Positions 60,561-64,000 of a DNA stretch of 64,000 bases are shown one piece after another. Source of the stretch: Promethearchaeota archaeon (GTDB lineage Archaea > Asgardarchaeota > Lokiarchaeia > Sigyniarchaeales > SOKP01); assembly GCA_048938855.1 (NCBI GenBank), contig JBHLLT010000006.1, positions 32,001 to 96,000 on the forward strand, read 5' to 3'. Made by a program: the position numbers and the translations under genes. The notes below the pieces were generated by a model. It ran no database searches, was not told the origin of the DNA, and worked only from the letters and a program-made list of their open reading frames with translations. Position 1 is the first letter of the stretch. Each line of letters opens with the position of its first letter.

Positions 60561-61850
60561 TTTTTGAGTTTCTTTTGCATACTGTCGGAGTCCTAATATA
60601 GATTCACGTGTTTTATTACCAATCATAACAATTCCTAGCATATTAAGCAAGATATCAATGTATAAATATGGCTTTGCAGGACTATCATCATTCTTCAGAA
60701 TTTCATCTAATTTCGAATGGAACTCAATGCTTAATGCCTTAACCTTCTTGTATTGGTTCTCAGATATAAACTGATAATGTATCAAATTGTTCTCTAGTGC
60801 CTCCATAAGTACATTAATTGTCTCAATCATGGGTAAATCTTCCATTGCTACAGAAGTTAAGAGGTGACTTTCTGTTGCTTCTAAATAACTATTTATATGG
60901 TCTGAGATCATCTTGAGTTTTCTATATTCATAAGAGAATTTAGGTATATTTGCCAGAAGAGGTTCCCAATTATTCTCTTTTATTGCTTTTTTTAAATCAA
61001 ATTCCTTTTTCTCCAAAAGTAAATCAAAATCTTTACTTAATTTATAATATTTTCTCTTGATATTACCGGGTTGTATCTCATCCTCTTTTATGTATGATTG
61101 AATTAGTCCCAATCGAACTAAATCTCTTGTGAGACGAGAAAGTTGTGCTTTACTTTTACCTGTATAATAGGACATTTCTTTAAGGCTTAATTCCTTATAG
61201 ATTTTCAGTAATATGAATATTCTGATGTCTAGTTCATTCCGAAAAACATCTACAAAATGCCTTTTAGGATATACTCTCTTAATAATTTTCGCAAAACCTC
61301 TAAAGAGATCTCCTATTTCTTTTTCATTTTTTGAAGATAATTCTATCGATCCGATTAAATTTCTTGTGGAGGCTAACTTATTAGCATGTTGGATAGAGAT
61401 CTCTCTCTCATCTTGAAGATCTGCTTTAGTTCCAACCATTAAAATTGGAATATTTACATTTCTTTTGGTTTTTTTAAATAATTTCAACCACCATTCTAAA
61501 TCGACTAGACTAGATTTATCGGTTATATCATAAACAAATATAGCCCCTGCAGCACCTATAGTAAAAGGTTCAAAATAAGGTCTTGGTTTTTTTAATTTAC
61601 CTTCCCTTTTTGTCTTAGTTATCTTAAGATCTTTAAATTTTTCTACACCTGTAAGTTCCCAAACATGTAATATTAAGTCTTCATCATCTATTTTTAACTT
61701 GTTCTGATAGAAACTTACTCCTAAAGTTAATTTAGGGTGGACCCCTAAACTTTCGTTATCAGCTTCCCTAAAATATTTGCCTAATAAAGTAGATTTTCCT
61801 ACTCCACTTTCTCCAAAAACACATATTTTATAGATTTGTGGTTTTTTCAT
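60552..61850 (-). CDS. Rab-like small GTPase fused to a winged-helix DNA-binding-type domain
   Basis: GESGVGKS, WELTG, GTKAD, ELSSK; then IRIFILLKIYKELSLKEMSYYTGKSKAQLSRLTRDLVRLGLI...KYYKL. Confidence 0.85.
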   Translation of the reverse strand: MKKPQIYKICVFGESGVGKSTLLGKYFREADNESLGVHPKLTLGVSFYQNKLKIDDEDLILHVWELTGVEKFKDLKITKTKREGKLKKPRPYFEPFTIGAAGAIFVYDITDKSSLVDLEWWLKLFKKTKRNVNIPILMVGTKADLQDEREISIQHANKLASTRNLIGSIELSSKNEKEIGDLFRGFAKIIKRVYPKRHFVDVFRNELDIRIFILLKIYKELSLKEMSYYTGKSKAQLSRLTRDLVRLGLIQSYIKEDEIQPGNIKRKYYKLSKDFDLLLEKKEFDLKKAIKENNWEPLLANIPKFSYEYRKLKMISDHINSYLEATESHLLTSVAMEDLPMIETINVLMEALENNLIHYQFISENQYKKVKALSIEFHSKLDEILKNDDSPAKPYLYIDILLNMLGIVMIGNKTRESILGLRQYAKETQKSL

Positions 61851-62109
61851 TTTTTGATTACCACATATTTTTATTCAATATCACAAAAAATGTAACGTTT
61901 CATATATATAAATATTATGCAACGCTGAAGATTATCCCAACTCCTTGCAAAATCCATTTTTAAAATTTATATAAAAAAATTCGATCCCAAATTGCCTAAA
62001 ATTGGTTTAGAGCATTTAAATCACAAAATATTAACTTGATGTAAAAATATATTATTTGTTAATATTACCTATTTAGAGAAAATCATATAATTTTCTAACT
62101 TATTTCATA

Positions 62110-63738
62110 ATGGATTCTTTAGATATTGACAATCGAGAGAAAAGTAAACTAATTTCTAGAGAGATAATAGATTACTTAATCAAAAATCCTAAAACAAATC
62201 GTAAAAAAATAACAAATATTAAAGGTAAAATTGGGAAAAAATACAAATTTAATAAAGTTATAAAAAATGCAACTATCCTAAACTACGCAACAGAAGAAGA
62301 AAAAGTAGTTATTACTCAGATCCTTAAAAGGAGAAAAACTAGAACTTTATCTGGAGTCTCGGTTATAGCCATTATGACTAAACCGCTCCCATGTCCTGGA
62401 ACGTGTATATATTGTCCTGGACAAGATTCTCAACCAGGGCAAAAAGTTGCGCAAAGTTATACTGGTCGCGAACCAGCTGCTATGAGATCTATTCATAATA
62501 ATTACGATCCATACTTTCAAGTTCGAAGCAGAATTAATGATTTAGAAGCTATTGGCCATATAGTAGATAAAATCGAATTAATTGTTATGGGAGGTACCTT
62601 TCTGTCAACTGATCCAAATTATCAAAAAGATTTTATCAAGGGAGCCCTAGAAGGAATTATCAGTCAAAGAGTAAATACATTAGAAGAAGCCAAAAAGCTT
62701 GCTGAAACTTCAAAAAGGCGTTTAATAGGGCTTACTATTGAGACAAGACCTGATTATTGTAAAGAAAAAGATGTAGATCAAATGTTGAAGTTTGGAACTA
62801 CTCGTGTCGAAATTGGAATACAAACAGTTTATGATGATATTTTTGAACTTGTAAAGAGAGGTCATACTACATTAGATAGTATAGAAGCTATAAGAATTGC
62901 TAAGGACGCTGGATTAAAAATTAATGCCCATATTATGCCCAATCTCCCTGGTTCTAGTTATTCGAAAGATATCGAATTATTTGATAAATTGTTTTCCAAT
63001 TCAGATTACCGGCCAGATATGTTAAAAATTTATCCAACTCTTGTAATTAATGGTACTGAATTATATAACTGGTGGAAAAAAGGCAAATATACTCCATATA
63101 CAGATAAGGAATTAATAGATTTAATTGCAAAGGTTAAAATAAAACTTCCCCCTTTTGTCAGAATTCAGAGAGTTATGAGAGATATCCCAGCTACTTTAAT
63201 TGAAGCTGGATGCAAAAATAGCAATTTAAGACAGTTAGTCCAAGAAAAATTAAGAGAGATGGATGAAACTTGTAAATGTATAAGATGTAGGGAATACGGA
63301 TTCAGTAAAAGAAAAAATTTTGGTAAAGAGGTTAATCTAGAGGATATAAAGCTATATCGATTTGATTATGATGCCTCTCAAGGAAAAGAAATATTTTTAT
63401 CTTATGAGAATAAGGAAGAAGATTATTTAATTGGATACCTACGTTTGAGAAAACCTTCTGAACTTGCTCATAGACCCGAATTGAATGATGGAAAAACAAT
63501 GATAGTGAGAGAAATAAAAGTTGTTGGCGAACTTGTACCAAAGGACTTGAAACCAAATCTATTGACTCAAATTCAACATAGAGGTTATGGCAAATTACTA
63601 ATGAGCCATGCAGAAAAAATCTCAACTGATGAATTTGAAGCAAAAAAACTTGCTGTTATAAGTGGTATTGGAGCAAAATCATATTTCTATGAAATGGGAT
63701 ATAAATCAGATGGTGTGTATGTTTCTAAAATGCTCTAA
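62110..63738 (+). CDS. elp3: Elp3 tRNA U34 acetyltransferase (radical SAM + GNAT)
   Basis: RTLSGV, CPGTCIYCPG, QSYTGREPA, ETRPD, QHRGYG. Confidence 0.96.
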   Translation: MDSLDIDNREKSKLISREIIDYLIKNPKTNRKKITNIKGKIGKKYKFNKVIKNATILNYATEEEKVVITQILKRRKTRTLSGVSVIAIMTKPLPCPGTCIYCPGQDSQPGQKVAQSYTGREPAAMRSIHNNYDPYFQVRSRINDLEAIGHIVDKIELIVMGGTFLSTDPNYQKDFIKGALEGIISQRVNTLEEAKKLAETSKRRLIGLTIETRPDYCKEKDVDQMLKFGTTRVEIGIQTVYDDIFELVKRGHTTLDSIEAIRIAKDAGLKINAHIMPNLPGSSYSKDIELFDKLFSNSDYRPDMLKIYPTLVINGTELYNWWKKGKYTPYTDKELIDLIAKVKIKLPPFVRIQRVMRDIPATLIEAGCKNSNLRQLVQEKLREMDETCKCIRCREYGFSKRKNFGKEVNLEDIKLYRFDYDASQGKEIFLSYENKEEDYLIGYLRLRKPSELAHRPELNDGKTMIVREIKVVGELVPKDLKPNLLTQIQHRGYGKLLMSHAEKISTDEFEAKKLAVISGIGAKSYFYEMGYKSDGVYVSKML

Positions 63739-63884
63739 TCATAAAAAGGGCTTCATGATTAATTTGTACGCTTAAATTGTGCAAAAATCTTTCTTATAAA
63801 TAAAAAACTTTTTCTTTTTTATACATCTCTTTATATATTATATTGGATTATATAATGGACAAAAATGGTTCATGTTGTATAAGA

Positions 63885-64000
63885 ATGCCCGCACAAAAAC
63901 CTTTATCAAAAAAAAAAATTACCCAACAAACAATTTCCACTACTCCCGATCTAAAACAAAGAATTGATAACTTTGTTATAGAAAACCAAGAAAAAAATCC
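63885..64000 (+). CDS. Partial hypothetical protein (possible ribbon-helix-helix start), runs off the window end
   Basis: MPAQKPLSKKKITQQTISTTPDLKQRIDNFVIENQEKN..., open to the end of the window. Confidence 0.45.
   Translation, partial: MPAQKPLSKKKITQQTISTTPDLKQRIDNFVIENQEKN

Noticed and set aside
108-63643. Short ORFs antisense to or overlapping real genes (e.g. 108-404, 6004-6279, 13766-14113, 21473-21982, 38340-38564, 51964-52167, 63332-63643)
   Set aside because: Shadow frames of well-supported genes with no recognisable motifs.
1-64000. CRISPR arrays, transposases, integrases, rRNA
   Set aside because: No regularly spaced repeats, mobile-element genes or long GC-rich structural RNA seen.

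Overview
Very AT-rich archaeal chromosomal segment, most consistent with an Asgard archaeon (Lokiarchaeia-like). It carries core information-processing genes (PAN, MBF1, TFE, unsplit RpoB, RpoH, Cbf5, PolD DP1/DP2, Cdc6, archease, RtcB, pelota, Elf1, SmAP3, RNase HII, fibrillarin, Nop5, Elp3) mixed with eukaryote-signature-type genes (roadblock-Rab fusion, longin, Rab-wHTH fusion). Main observation: the RNase HII gene is interrupted inside its catalytic GIDEAGR|G motif by a 30-nt, stop-containing insert. The insert folds into a relaxed bulge-helix-bulge (BHB) with the same length and architecture as the five 28-30-nt non-canonical introns in three nearby tRNA genes (one tRNA-Leu has three), so it is a candidate EndA/RtcB-spliced mRNA intron. 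Other highlights: a 50-aa WH2-like protein missing from the ORF track; a small proline-rich WAVE/VASP-like protein next to a BAR-like helical protein; an 8-gene operon with an AAA+ ATPase, a degenerate SMC-like protein and a KITE/MAGE-like protein; an AN1-finger rhomboid pseudoprotease paired with an AN1-finger site-2 protease; and apparent ATT/CTG start codons. All homology calls are by eye, with no database search.
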